The position numbers and the translations under genes are program-made. Of a stretch of DNA of 64,000 nt, positions 30,760-44,774 are shown piece after piece. Numbering within the stretch: the first letter of the stretch is position 1; every line of letters starts with the position of its first letter. The notes beneath the pieces are model-generated. The model made no database searches, was not told the origin of the DNA, and was given only the letters and a program-made list of their open reading frames with translations. Source of the DNA: the human T2T-CHM13v2.0 reference genome, Homo sapiens; the NCBI RefSeq assembly GCF_009914755.1, contig NC_060947.1; one strand, 5' to 3'.

Positions 30760-33700
30760 AGTGGGGGGGAAATGGCAGATAGGAGACAGGGATAATGTAT
30801 AGCTCCCACATGGACAGACAGAAGAGTGTGTGGGGACTCACACTGTGATCTTTTGCTTCAAGAACCCCCACAGGAACATACCAGGAAAACTGAAAGAATT
30901 CACAGATCCTTTGAAGGAAGCAGCACACTGCTGCAAATTCCACAAAACAGGCGAAAAACTGTATGTTCCCAAAGTGTGAGAGGGCGAAAGGAAAACCTAC
31001 CTTCGATCACACATCCTGACTGGGGAATCTGAAAATCCAGATCACAAGAGGATTTAACCTTACCTAGAAATGAAATGGATTTAGGAAGTCACATGAGGTA
31101 TAAAAGTAGAAGTAGCAGTGGGAAGTGCCTTGCATGCACTCCCAGCCTCCACCTCTAACCTAGAAAGGCCATCCCTGACTATATCTCACAGGGGCCCTCA
31201 GGAAAGGTGGCCAGAGGAATTGGGGAGGGATTATGGGGTGAAGGAGGCTCCCAAATGAAATTGGTAGTGGTTTTGGCTGGGCACACATTTTATTGAGTCC
31301 AGTCTGGGGGATGGGAGGGAGCTGCTGCACATACAAGCAAGTGCGGGAGTACAGGAGCTGCTGCTGATGGAGTGGGCAGACAGGGAAAGGCAAGGTCCTA
31401 AAGCCATGCTTGCTTTCCCAGTGGAGTAGCTCATGGCTTGTGGCAAGGTCAGAGCAGGGGCACTGCATGAATGAGAGACTGGCCTCGCCAACTGCATGAG
31501 AGCTGGGTACGGCTTCTTGCTACTGGCTATCTCCCACTTCCCTGGTGAGCTATACTGCACAGCAGAGGTGGCCAGGATTGCCTATGGAACATAACCCCAT
31601 TGGCCTGAGAACCACCTCACCCCATGCTCCACAGTGGTCATGGCAAGCCCTCCCCAAGGAGAGTCTGCACCCAGACCCACCAAACCCTGCCCCCACATGA
31701 CAGTATTTCGTAACTACCCTGATAGCTGAACACAAAACACAGAAACTCATGGGAGCTTTATGGCCCCACCCAACACCTGAGAAACCAAAATACTTACCAG
31801 GACCATCTTAGAGTAAGCTTAGAGCCCTTTACTACTATCACAGCTGGTGCTATCTTGAAAGTGCCACCTCTTAGCTGGAGGCCAACCAACTCAGGCCATT
31901 ACAGCAACTCAGGACAGAATAACCCTGATCCCAGGAAGGAGAAGACAACACCTAATTTCACTGCCTGCAACATCCTGGCTAACCAGAGGTCCTGAGTGTG
32001 TCCATGTGACAACTTCATCACTAGCATAACCAGCATTCAAGAAAGCCAGCATACTAAACATATTAACAACAAAGAGCTCTCGCAGAGTCTACTTTGCTTC
32101 TCTGCCACCTCTACCAGAGCAGGTGCTGGTATCCACAACTGGGAGACCTGAAGACAGATCACATCACAGGACATTTTGCAGACATCCTGCAGCATCAGCC
32201 CAGAGCCTGGTAGCCCCACTCAGTGGCTAGACTCAGAAGAGCAATAACAATCACTGCAGACCAGCTTTCAGGAAGTCTCATCTCTAGGGGAAGGGGGAGA
32301 GCACGACATCAAGGAATCACCCTCTAGGACAAGAAAATAAATCTGAACAGCAGGCCTTAAGTTTCATACCTCTCCACTGAAATAGTCTAACCAAATGAGA
32401 AGAAACCAGAAAAGTAATCCTGTTATAGAACACGGTTCTATAACACCCCCAAAAGATCACACCAGATCCCCACGAATGGATCCAAACCAAGAAGAAATCT
32501 CTGAATTGCCAGATAAACACTTCAGAAGGTAGATTATTAAGCTACTCAAGGAGATACCACAGAAAGGTGAAAACCAACTTAAAGCAATTAAAAAACAATA
32601 TAGGGTATAGATGAACAATTCTCAAGAGAAATAGATATCACAAAGAAAATACAATTACAACTTCTGGAAATGAAAGACACACTTAGAGAAATGCAAAATG
32701 TAGTGGAAACTTTCAACAGTAGCATAGAACACGTAGAAGAAATAACTTTAGAGTTCAATGAAAAGGCTTTCAAATAAACCCAATCACACAAAGACAAAGA
32801 AAATAATTTTTAAATGAACAAAGACTCCAAGAAATTTTTGATTATATTAAATGACCAAACATAAGAATAACTGGTGTTCCTGAGAAGAGAAATCTAAAAA
32901 TTTGGAAAACTTATTTGAGCAAATAATTGAGGGTAACTTCCCTGGTCTTGCTAGAGGTCTAGACATCCAAATACAAGAAGCTCAAAGAACACCTGGGAAA
33001 TTCATTGCAAAAAGATCACCACCTAAGCATGTAGTCATCAGGTTATCTAAAATCAAGACAAAGGAAAGAATCTTAAGAGCTGTGAGACAAAAGCATCAGA
33101 TAACCTATAAAGGAAAACCTATCAAATTAACAGCAGACCTCTCAGCAGAAACCTTACAAGCCAGAGGGGATTGAGGTCCCATCTTTAGCCCCCTGAAACA
33201 AAATGAAGGAGAAATGAAGTTGTTTTCAGACAAACAAGTGCTGACTACTAAGCCAGCACTACAAGAAATGCTAAAAGGAGTTCTACATCTTGAAACAAAA
33301 CCTTAAAATACACCAAAATAGAAACACCTTAAAGCATAAATCTCACAGGGCCCATAAAACATTAATGCAACAGCAAAAATGCAAGGTATTAAAGCAACAA
33401 CTAACATGATGAGTAAAACAATACCTCACATCTGAATACTAACACTGAAAGTGAATGGCTTAAATGCTCCACTTAAAAGATACAGAATGGCAGAATGGAT
33501 AAAAATCCACCAACCAAGTTGCTGCTGTCTTCAAGAGACTCACTAACACATAAGGACTCACATAAACTTAAGGTAATGGGGTGGAAAAAAACATTCCATG
33601 CAAATGGAAACCAAAAGCAACTAGGAATAGCTATTCCTATATCAGACAAAGCAGAATTTAAAGCAACAACATGAAGAAAAAACAAAAAGGGACATCATAT

Positions 33701-35661
33701 AATGATAAAAGAAATAGACAAACAGGAAAATACCACAATCGTATATACGCACCTAACACTGGAATTTTCAAATTTATAAAACAATTACTACTAGACCTAA
33801 GAAATGAGATAATGAGATAGATGGCTACATAATAATAGTGCAGGACTTCAATACTCCACTGCCGGCACTAGACAGGTCATCAAGGCAAAAAATCAAAAAA
33901 TAAACAGTGAAATTAAACCATAGTCTAGAACAAATGGACTTGATGGATATTTGCAGAACATTTCCCCAACCACTGCAGACTATACATTTTTTTTCAGCAC
34001 ATGGAATATCCTCCAGAGTAGAACATGTGATAGGTCACAAAACAAGTCTTAATAAATATAAGAAAAAAATTATATCAAGTATCCTCTCAGACCACAGTGG
34101 AATAAAACTGGAAATCAACTCCTAAAGGAATCCTCAAAACTATACAAATACATGAAAACTAAATAATCTGCTCTTGAATTATCTTTGGGTCAACAATGAA
34201 ATTTAAAAATTCTTTGAGCTGAATGATAATAGTAACAAAACTTAACAAAACCTCTGGGATACAAAAAAAGCAGTACTCAGAGGAAAGTTCATAGCATTAA
34301 ATGCTTACATCAAAAAGTCTGAAAGAGCACAAATAGACGATCTAAGGTTGCACCTCAAGGAACTAGAGAAACAAGAACAAACCAAATCCAAAACCAGCAG
34401 AAGGAAAGAAATAACGAAGACCAGAGCTGAACTATATGAAATTGAAACAAAAATATAATAGATAAATGAAACAAAGAGCTGGTTCTTTGAAAAGATAAAC
34501 AAATGGATAGACCGTTAGTGAGATTAACCAAGAAAAGAATAGAGAAGATCCAAATAAGCTCAATTAGAAATGAACCAGGAGATATTACAGCCAATACACA
34601 GAAATACAAAACATCATTCAAGGTTACTATGAACGCATTTTTGTACAAAAACTAGGAAATCTAGAGGAGATGGATACATTCCTGAAAACATGCAACCCTC
34701 CCACGTTAAATTGGGAAGAAATAGAAACTCTGGACAGACCAACAACAAGTAGCAAGATTGAAACAATAATAAAAAATTGCCAACAAAAAGAAGTCCAGGA
34801 CCAGATTCACAGCTGAATCCTATCGGACATTCAAAAAAGAATTGGTACAAATTTTACTGAAACTATACTCAAAGACAGAGAAAGAGGGATTTCTCCCTAA
34901 ATCATTCTATGAAGTGTCACCCTAATACCAATATCAAGAAAGGACGTAACAAAAAAAGAAAACTACAGACCAATATCCCTGATGAACATAGATGCAAAAA
35001 TCCTCAACAAAATAATAGCTAACTGATTCCAACAGCATATCAAAAAGATAATCCACCATGATCACGTGGGTTTTATACCAATGATGCAGGGATGGTTTAA
35101 CATACACAAGTCAATAAATGTGATACATCACATAAACAGAATTAAAAACAAAAATCACACGATTTTCTCAATAGATGCAGAAAAATATTTGACAAAATCC
35201 AGCATCCGCTTATGATTAAAATCCTCAGCAAAATTGGCATACAAAGGACATACCTCAAGGTAATAAAAGCTATCTGTGACAAACACATAGCCAGCATTAT
35301 GCTAAATGGGGAAGGTTGGAAAGAATTCCCCCTGAGAACTGGAACAAGACGAGGATGTCCAGTTTTACCACTTCTCTTCAAAATAGGACTGGGAGTCCTA
35401 CCAGATCAATCAGACAAGATAAAGGAATCAAGGTGCATCTATATTGATTAAAAGGAAATCAAACTGTCGCTGTTCACTGATGATATTATTGTATACCTAG
35501 AAAACCCTAAAGATTTATCCAAAACACTCCTAGATTTTATAAACGAATTCAGTAAAGTTTCAGGATACAAAATCATTGTACACAAATCAGTAGCATTGCT
35601 ATACTCCAACAACAGCCAAGCTAAGAAACAAATCAAGAACTCAATCTTTTTTACAGCAGCT

Positions 35662-35695
<34 letters not shown>

Positions 35696-36097
35696 CCTTA
35701 GGAATATAATTAACCAAGGAGGTCAAAGATCTTCACAAGGAAAACTACAAAACACTGCTGAAAGAAATCATCGACAACACAAATAGAAACACATCCCATG
35801 CTCGTGGATGGGTAGAATCAATATTGTGAAAATCACCATACTACCAAAAGCAATCTACAGATTCAATGCCATTCCCATCAAAGTGCCATAATCATTCTTC
35901 ACAGAACCAGAAAAAAACTATCCTAAAATTCATATGGAATTAAAAAAAACACCCTGCATAGCCAAAGCAAGACTAAGCAAAAATAACCAAACTTGGAGGC
36001 ATCACATTACTAGACTTCAAGCTATACTACAAGGCTATAGTTACCAAAACAGCACAGTACTGGTATGAAAACAGGCATGTAGACCAACAGAACAGAG
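30760..36097 (+). mobile_element. L1PB-type LINE-1: 5' UTR, decayed ORF1 (~32396-33340) and ORF2 (from ~33407), truncated at the 3' side
   Basis: atggcagataggagacagg 5' end; ORF1 fragment NLFEQIIEGNFPGLARGLDIQIQEAQRTP; ORF2 start ILTL.VNGLNAPLKR; RT motif FTDD at 35473-35484; multiple stops and frameshifts. Confidence 0.93.
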
Positions 36098-36193
36098 CAT
36101 GTATCAGGTAGGATGTGATTATTGAAGAGAGACACATCATTTTGTATTTGTGGACCTTGTGGGTCTCAGTTTCTTTATCTAAAAAAATGAATG

Positions 36194-36322
36194 TGTATTA
36201 GTTTTGGAAGTTGCGTAATAAATTACCACTAACTTAGAAGCCTAAAACTACTAATTTATTATCTCACAGTTCTGTAAGTCAGAAGTTTAGGCAGGCTTGG
36301 CTGGGTTCATTGCCTAGAGTCT
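36194..36322 (-). mobile_element. MLT1 (MaLR) LTR fragment
   Basis: tgtattagtttt...taataaattaccac...atttattatctcacagttctgtaagtcagaagt. Confidence 0.7.
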
Positions 36323-37227
36323 CGCATTATTATTTATTATTATTTTTTAATCTCCTAGGCTAAGCTTCCTTTTTGGGAAGAAAAGTAGTTTATTTTTGCT
36401 GGAATTTCTCTCTGTGTTGTTTTCATCTTGAGGAGATCAAGTATAAAAGTGTTGCGCATTTACTGAGTAATATTACAAGCAGAATGCCACATATTATTAA
36501 TTGAAATTCTGATTCAAATGTTTATATTAAGTAGAATTTTTCCAACACAGTGTATATGTGCTAAACCTCTAGGAAGAATATGTTTATTTTGCACCTAAAC
36601 ATTGGATAATATGAGGAGAAGCACATCTTGATAATGATACATAACAATAAGTTAGGTGTAGACTAAGATGTTGTTGATTGAGAGACAGTGTACTTGATCT
36701 AAAATCTGTTTCAGGAACATTGCTATGAGGATATTTACTGCAAAAAAAATGTGTTTTTTTCACATTTTGTACTAATGGTGGAATTTTTACTTTTAATAAA
36801 GGAAAGTTACAAATTATTTCAGGGAATTTTTGTTTTATTAAACCTCCTGGTAAATCAAACTGATTTTTATGGGTTTGTGTGTGCAGTTTTTAAAAAATTT
36901 TTATGAGCACATGATAAATGCCTACTAAAACAACCACTGGTGTTCTAGCTCTCTCTCTCTCTTTTCAAATATGAAGAATTGTCCACAGAATAGCATTTAG
37001 GATGGTGTAGACTTAAGAGGGAAATGCATGTACCATCAGTACTTTTCCTTGGGCAGTCTAGCTAGGATGTCACCCACAGGAGGGGATACAAACCTTGCAG
37101 GACATGTTAAAAAATTAAGACTATAAAATTAAGGAATACAAAGGAACACATTACTGTTCAATTCAGTAGGGATCTGTAATTCTGCACTGCTCAGGTGCAG
37201 ATGAGAACTACTCAGGTCAGAATCAAG

Positions 37228-37305
37228 TTGTTTCTGTAAGAGACAGCTCTATAAATAATGAGCTGTTTGTTTCTATAAGAGATAGCCCTATAAATAATGA
37301 GCTGT
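37228..37305. repeat. 39-bp tandem duplication in unique sequence
   Basis: ttgtttctgtaagagacagctctataaataatgagctgt / ttgtttctataagagatagccctataaataatgagctgt (3 mismatches). Confidence 0.95.
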
Positions 37306-39236
37306 TCTCAGGTGAGCCAATCACTACCAATTGCCTGTTTAAAATGTCAGAATTGTCAAGGTCAATTGGTGTTAATCTAATGGCAGCACTGACCTAGTGT
37401 CACACAGAGTCTATAAATTAAATTTTAAGTCTCACAAAAGGATTATCTTTGTTTCTAGAGACAATATTTTAATCAACAATGTTTTGGGTACTTCCGTGAA
37501 AGTGATGTGGGTTGATTGAAGTTTAAAAGGTGTAGACAATTGTCCATTAAAGCAATTACATTAATGCATCAGGCTGATTTGAAATCAGTATTGAGGTAGA
37601 GTCAGAATATTTGCATATTTTTTTCTTTGTCATAACATCCTCACCAAAGCTTTTGGAAATTGCTGTTTTCAATGCACTTTTCACTCCACAGCCAGGACAT
37701 AAAGAGTGACGGGGAAAAAGAGAACCTTATCAGGAAGAGAAAGAAATAACCATTAGAAAGTTGTTCAAAATATATTATTTCATGAAATTGTCTTTCTTCT
37801 GTTACTTGTCTGTTTTCATATCTCCTTGTCACATTCTTAGGTATTTCAATAATAAAAAAATTATCTGGATAAAAAAAGAAAGTAAAAAAAATGAAGTTTA
37901 GGTTTGATAAAGATTACTTTTATGAGTTAAAAGAACAAAGTATATTTCCTCTAAAAGAAGTTGATTACCCACTCCTTGTAACTTTTCATAAATTAACGTT
38001 CAGATATTTTTCAAATAAATAACTGATGGGAACTCAGCTTGTTGAAAATTTGCTTGGTTACACATTCAACAAACCTGATGGACAGTTTTGATTATTTTTG
38101 CCCTTTACAGAGTAAGTGTGAAGTAACACTAATTAAAAGCTTTTCTACTGAATAATCCATGTGCATCACCTTCCAAAATTTCACTTAAGGGGCCTACACA
38201 TTGACAAAAACACATTTTATTCCCTTTGCTTAATTTCATTAGTGGGACTTTTCTTTGACTTTGTGGGAACATTTAGATTTTTTCTCCAGAGCATGTTAGA
38301 GCACAGAACGATTAGCAGAGCATTTGAAGTAACCACAGCTCAGGGATAATGGGAATGAGCCCTATAGCACTGTGCAAGCACTGGGACCATTTATAGATGT
38401 TCTGTGCAATGGTGGATAAAATAGGGCCACACTATACTGTTCCAGAAGCATTTTCTCTAGAGCCTTCTATAAGTCCCTTCTATGCTAAATAATTCAAACA
38501 TGCATTTTGCATTCAGTAAACAATTGAAAACACAAGGAAATGAAGCTTTAAAAAGGAGTTGTGCTCAGTCAGTATATTGCTTTCAACTTTGAAAGAAGGC
38601 AAATATATAAAATGATCCTGAATTGCCTACTCAATTTCTAGGAGTAAGAGTCAAGCAGAGAAATCTCATTCTACTCCACCTATCCCCCGCTCACCAAAAT
38701 CAAGAATTGTGTCTTTATTGTTGTTATAATTTGCTTCATAATGTTTTCTTGACAATTGAGACATTGTATACTGCATTAATTATTTACACTTTGTATGAAC
38801 ATTAAAATAATGAGAACATATATTTGTTTAGAAAAAAATCCCTCTATTTTTTCTCTCATAAATATAATTCTACTGTTATGTTAGTATGTTCATAATTTGA
38901 GAAATTCTAAGTCTTAAGAAATCTTGGAATTGTATGAATTCTCTTTTACCTACTCATTAGCAGACTCATAATTTTAGAAATCTTAATTGAGATCCATGTG
39001 CCAGTTATACTAATTAGTGTATAATTTCATAATCTGAGTACTTACAGAAAGCACACACTTGAAAAACTCTGTATCTACAAATGCTTTTGACTATATGGAT
39101 TTCCAGAGTCAAAATATTATTCAAAAAAGTAATAATAACATTTACCACAAAGCTTCCAGTGATGGTTCATCTGTGGGTGAATTTCCCATTTACAACTTTG
39201 CTCCCAGAGCACTCAGAAATATTTTACCCCTTTTCA

Positions 39237-40000
39237 TTTTTTTAAACTAGACTTTATTTTTTACAGAAGTTTTAGGTTCACAGCAAAAATGAGAGGAAGT
39301 TATAGAGATTTCCCGTATCTTCTCTACCCTACACATGTGTAACCTCCCCCATTGTCAATATCCCCCACCAGAGTGACACATTTGTTATAGTTGATGAATT
39401 TACACATCAATATCACCCAAAGTCCATAGTTTACATTGGGGTTCACTCTTGTACATTCTATGGGTTTGGAAAACATTTAAAATAACAAGTATCAACAATT
39501 ATAGTATCTATAGAGTAGTTTCTCTGCCATAAAAATCCTCCATTCTCTGCTTGTTCATCCCTCCTTCCCCTATTCCACAACCCCTGGCAACCACTGATAT
39601 TTCTACTGTCTCCATAGTTTTACCTTTTCCAGAATGTCATATAGTTAGAATCATACAGTATGTAGCCATTTCCAATTAACTTATTGTACTTAGTAATACA
39701 GATTTAAGGATCCTCCATGTCTTTTCATGGCTTGATAGATCATTTTTTTTTAGCAATGAATAATCATTTCTGAATCTACCACAGTTTATTTATTCATTAA
39801 CCTACTGAAGGATATCTTGGTTACATTCAAATTTTGGCATTTATGAATAAAGCTGCTATAAATATCTGCTTGCTGGTTTTGTGTAAACATAAGTTTTAAG
39901 CTCCTTTGGGTAAATACTAAGGAATGTGATTGCTGAGCCTTATGGTTAATAGTATATTTAGTTTTGTGAAAAACTGCCAAACTGTCTTCCAAAGTGGCTA
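39237..40000 (-). mobile_element. L1MC1-like 3' end
   Basis: tagactttatttttt...aggttcacagcaaaa...ttttccagaatgtcatatagtt...aaactgccaaactgtcttccaaagtggc. Confidence 0.85.
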
Positions 40001-40269
40001 TATATTCTCTTTCATTGGGAAGATGGCAATACATAATATCTAAGCCATTTTACGACTCAGTGTTTTCTATCATATAGGAATGACCTTTACTTTAGTTAGT
40101 ATTTGGCATTACATATGCATGTATAAAATGTATAGTTTTTAAAAGAGTGTTTGTTCCTTAATATAGTTAGTAGTTATGAAATGAGTCAAGATCTGTTATT
40201 GCTAATGTTGGCAATATATTTTTATTAAATTAGACATTTTGGATGGTTTTAAAAGTATAACTCGGTAAT

Positions 40270-40480
40270 AATAGCTAACCTGTATATAGCACTTAACTTT
40301 GTGCCAGACACCATTCTACTGGCATATATCATCTCACTTAGGTAATATTTTAAATTCTGTTTCTTTAGATTAGGAAACTGAAGTCTAGAGTAGTTAAATG
40401 ACCTGTTGAAGATGACACAGTTAGTAAGTGGTAAAGCTGGGGTTTAAACACAGTCTGTCTAGCTCGAGTCCATACTCTAC
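40270..40480 (-). mobile_element. MIR
   Basis: gcacttaactttgtgccagacacc...ggaaactgaagtctagag...acacagttagtaagtgg. Confidence 0.75.
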
Positions 40481-40520
40481 ACTTTAAGACTATAGTAGTT
40501 GTGTTTAAGAGGCTTTAGAT

Positions 40521-40888
40521 CAGGGATCCCCAACTCCTGGGCCGTGGACTGGTACTGGTCCCTGACCTGTTACGAACTGGGGCCACACAGCAGGAGGTCA
40601 GTGGCGGGCAAAGAAATGAAGCTTCGTCTGTATTTACAACCACTCTCCATGGCTTTCATTACTGCCTGAGCTCCGCCTGCTGTCAGATCAGTGATGGTAT
40701 TAGATTCTCATAGGAGCATAAACCCTATTGTGAACTGTGCATGCGAGGGATCTAGGTTGTGCGTTCCTTGTAATCTAATGCCTGACTATCTGAAGTGGAA
40801 CAGTTTCATCCCGAAACCTACCTCTGTCCATGGAAAAATAGTCTTCCACAAAACCAGTCCCTGGTGCCACAAAAGCTGAGGACCCCTG
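40521..40888. mobile_element. MER1 (hAT-Charlie3 derivative)
   Basis: TIRs cagggatccccaac / gctgaggacccctg; degenerate 8-bp TSD ctttagat / ctttcaat. Confidence 0.88.
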
Positions 40889-41177
40889 CTTTCAATAACA
40901 GAATCTTAGGTCTCTATTATAAATGTCTTTCAGAGGTTAAATCACTTTTGCAGCATATAACCAACCCTTGGCAAAAGCAATTGATGTAAGATATCTCTTG
41001 CTAACTTTTAAGGCAAATTCAGATGACCTGTCATTTCACATGGACTCTACAAAAGAACAGCTTCTGGAGATTCTAAATCAAAAGATACAAGTTCTTGAAT
41101 TAATAAAAATCAAAAACAAATTCATATTTTGTGGACATCAATGTAAAAAATATATACATACTGTGCTACAAATAATA

Positions 41178-41852
41178 ATTAGTGCACTTCTAGTTATACG
41201 AAGGATAGCTGTATGTTAGGCATAATTATGACCTCATTATTGTTTATATTTGAAGATTATGTATGATTTCAAGAGATGTGTGTGGGTTCAAGTTGACAAG
41301 GGGTGGACGTGTGATGGTTAATATTGAGTGCCAACTTGATTGAAGGATGCAAAGTATTGTTTCTGGGTGTGTCTGTGAGGGTGTTGGCAAAGGAGATTAA
41401 CATTTGGGTCAGTGGACTGGAAAAGGCAGACCCACCCTCAATCTGGGTGGGCACCATCTAATCAGCTGCCAGTGCAGCTAGGATAAAGCAGGCAGAGGAA
41501 GGTAGAGGGACTTGACTTGCTGAGTCTTCCAGGCTTCATCTTTCTCCTGTGCTGGATGCTTCCTGCTCTTGAATATCAGACTCCAAATTCTTTAGCTTTG
41601 GGACTCTTGGGCTTACACCAGTGATTTGCCAGAGGGTCCTGGGCCTTGGGCCACAGACTGAAGGCTGCATTGTCGGCTTCCCTACTTTTGAGGTTTTGGA
41701 ACTCGGACTGGCTTCCTTGCTCCTCAGCTTGCAGATGGCCCATCATGAGACTTCACCTTGTGATTGTGTGATTCATGTTTCCTAATAAACTTCCCTTCAT
41801 ATATACATATACCCTATTAGTTCTGTCCCTTTAGAGAACCCTAACTAATACA
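41178..41852 (+). mobile_element. MLT2 3' LTR (41310-41852) with ~130 bp of HERV-L internal 3' end and PPT
   Basis: aaggggtggac|tgtgatggttaatattgagtg...gagaaccctaactaataca; the upstream part matches the reverse complement of 17601-17730. Confidence 0.92.
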
Positions 41853-41857
41853 GACTC

Positions 41858-42146
41858 CCATTATCCTAAGTGGATTAATGCAAGAATAGAAAACCAAATA
41901 CCACATGTTCTCACTTATAAGTGGGAGCTAAACATTAAGTACACATAGACATAAAGATGGGAACAGTAGACACTGGAGACTACTAGAGTGGGGGGGAGCT
42001 GAAAAACTACCAATTGAGTACTATGCTCACTAGCTGGGTGAGGGATCATTCATACCCCAAACCTTAGGATCACACAATATTCCCATGTAACAAACCTGCA
42101 CATGTACCCCCTGAATCTAAAATAAAATTTGAAATTATCAAAAAAA
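41858..42146 (+). mobile_element. L1PB/late-L1PA 3' end
   Basis: aaataccacatgttctcacttataagtgggagcta...catgtaacaaacctgcacatgtacccc...aaaataaaa. Confidence 0.88.
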
Positions 42147-42164
42147 CTCATAATAACAACAATA

Positions 42165-42629
42165 AAAAGAATAATTGCCTGCCAGAGATGCCCATGCCTT
42201 AATCCCTGGGACCTGTGAATATGATGCCTTAGATAGGAAAGGACATGGAAAGTCGCTAATCAGATGATATTGCAGTAAGTATATTATCCTGAATTACCCA
42301 AGTGAGTTCAATTTAATCACAAGTCTCCTTAAGTTTGGAAGAGGGAGGCATAACAGGAGATCATAGTGATGGGACGTTAGAAGAACTGACCTGCTCTTAT
42401 TGGCTTTGAAGATGGAAGAAAAGGGCTGTAATCCAAGGAATGTGAGTAGTCTCTAGAAACTGGAAATGGATTCTTCCTTAGAAAGAAATATAGGCCTGCC
42501 AACACCTCCATTTTAGCCCAGCAAGACCCATTTTGGAACTCTGACCTCCAGCACTATAATAAAGATTTGTATTGTGTTAAGCCACTAGTTTGTAGTAATT
42601 TGTCACAACGGTGATAGGAAAGTAATACA
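42165..42629 (+). mobile_element. MLT1D-like MaLR LTR
   Basis: taatccctgggacctgtgaatatg...ggctttgaagatggaag...ttaagccactagtttgtagtaatttgt...gtaataca. Confidence 0.82.
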
Positions 42630-43168
42630 CGCACACACACACAAACAAAATTTGGCTTTAATTGGAAACATTGTCTTTGTTAAATCAAGCCATATGCATA
42701 ATTTATCTCTTGGCTAATTTTTGACTTTTAACCTATTTGAGCTCTCTCATCCTTGCATCTATCTAGAATCTATTGCTGGCTTTGTTTTTTGTGGGACTTT
42801 ACTTGGAATTCCAATTCTTCTTATTATAGGGAATAAGAAATTGAGTACCTTTTGTTTAGCTGGTTTAAGCACATTTCTTCCTCCTGGTCTCATCAGTAAT
42901 TGTGTATGTGTAGTAAGTAAGGCACAAAACTAGTATAGAAACATCTGAATGGCTGCTGGAAATATTTTTTTTAAACATGCCACTTAGGGGCTTAAATACT
43001 AAGAAATATATTAGTATCCAATTTTCAAGGAAATGGACCATTGAAGCTCAACTTGAAAGCAACATATGGCAGTCTCATCTTCATCATGGTTTGACATGTG
43101 TTAAAAAATTTTTGAAAAGAAACTACCAATATTAAGAATCAACTAGGCAAACATTATAAACATAAATA

Positions 43169-43529
43169 CAGATGCTCCTCAACTTACAGTGGGGTTACAT
43201 TATGATAAACCCACAGTAAATTAAAAATATTGTACGTAAAAAATGGACTTAATACATCTCACCTAACAACACATCATAGATTAACCTAGTCTGCCTTAAA
43301 CCTGCTCAGAACACTTACATTAGCCCATAGTTCAGCAAAATCATCCAATACAAAGCCTATTTTATTAAAAAAGTTTAATATATCATGTAATCTATTGACT
43401 ATTGTGCTGAAAAACAGAAAGGTTGTATGGGTACTCAAAGTACGGTTTCTACTGAATGTGTATCAATTTGTACCATTGTAAAGTAAAAAAAAATCCTAAG
43501 TTGAACCATGGTAAGTCAGGGACTGCCTG
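43169..43529. mobile_element. MER47A-like TcMar-Tigger MITE
   Basis: TA|cagatgctcctcaacttac...gtaagtcagggactgcctg|TA terminal inverted repeats. Confidence 0.88.
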
Positions 43530-44101
43530 TATTGAAAAGCTGACTTGGGAATAAACTACATTTTCATTGAAATATGAATGTATGATCTAGCAGTCTTTCT
43601 CTCCAATTGTTTTTGAACCAAAACAGATTTCCCTATCTCACTAAAGTCATTATTTGAGGTCCCTTGTTGCCAGGCACTAGCTGTATAGAACATTGATTTT
43701 CAGAGAAAATGCTATGATAATTGAAGAATGTTAAAAAGCAGATAGATTGTTTCCAAATTTCTCAGTGAATAGTTTACCATTAAATTTGAATTTTATCATC
43801 ATGTAGGATTTACTCATAGTTAATAATACTATTCTTTTTAAGAAGAAAGACTCTCAAGATTGAGAAAATATAGCTAGAGCTTGTGTGCAATGATTTCAGG
43901 CAGTACATGGCTTTAGAAGGCTTGAATTCTAAGTTAGTATGGCAGAGTTATCACATCATTGACTGATTTTTCCTTTCAATTCAAAGCATGTTGATAGGTT
44001 TTCTTTCTTGGTATAGAAGGGAGAGGAATCTCTTGATGACATATTATCTTAGTACTTTGTGCATTTTCTTAGTTGAGACACTTAGAAGACTGAGCAAATA
44101 C

Positions 44102-44165
44102 TGTATAATCAGGGTTATATAGAAAAACAGAATCAACAGGATGTATGCATATATACACACACACA

Positions 44166-44217
<52 letters not shown>

Positions 44218-44528
44218 GAAGGAGATTTATTATAAGAAATTAAAGCATAAGATTATGGAGGCTTGGTGAGCCCAAATTCTGCTGTGTGGGTCAGCAGAGT
44301 GGATAACCAAGAGAAACAATGATACTAATAAAATCTGTAGGCCATCTGCTGGAGAATTCCTTCTTGCACAAGAAGGCCGGTATGTTGGTTCTATTCAGGC
44401 CTTCAGTTGATTGGATGAGGCCCACCCACATCATGGAGGGCAATCTGCTTTACCCAAAGTTCACTGATTTAAATGTTAATCATATGCAAAAACACCCTTC
44501 AAGTTGGTGCATAAAATTAACCATCACA
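44102..44528 (-). mobile_element. MLT2D-like solo LTR with internal (CA)n/(TA)n
   Basis: tgtataatcagggtt...gattggatgaggcccacccac...aaaattaaccatcaca. Confidence 0.85.
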
Positions 44529-44774
44529 TGATATTTTAGAAAACATTTCATACCGTTGTAGAGTTATCACTTCTTTTGATGAGGGTGCTATTTTATCCTG
44601 GCTTCTATGACTTTATTTTTAACTATTGTAGATTTTAAAAGCCTATTGTTATATCAGACAGCCAATTGATTGAAACTAAGTAAATACATTTTTCCCAAAT
44701 ATCTGTATATTCCATGTGTAATTCTTATTGTAATAGAGTTTTTTGCAAATATTATATTTTTTGATTTGTATTTT

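Noticed and set aside
29767-35726. Many 60-110 aa ORFs, including an ORF1-like fragment at 32902-33174
   Set aside because: Sense and antisense fragments of decayed L1 with multiple stops; not retrotransposition-competent.
29399-36097. Possible single twin-primed L1 made of the minus L1MA and plus L1PB
   Set aside because: The two parts overlap in ORF2 coordinates, appear to be different subfamilies and share no TSD.
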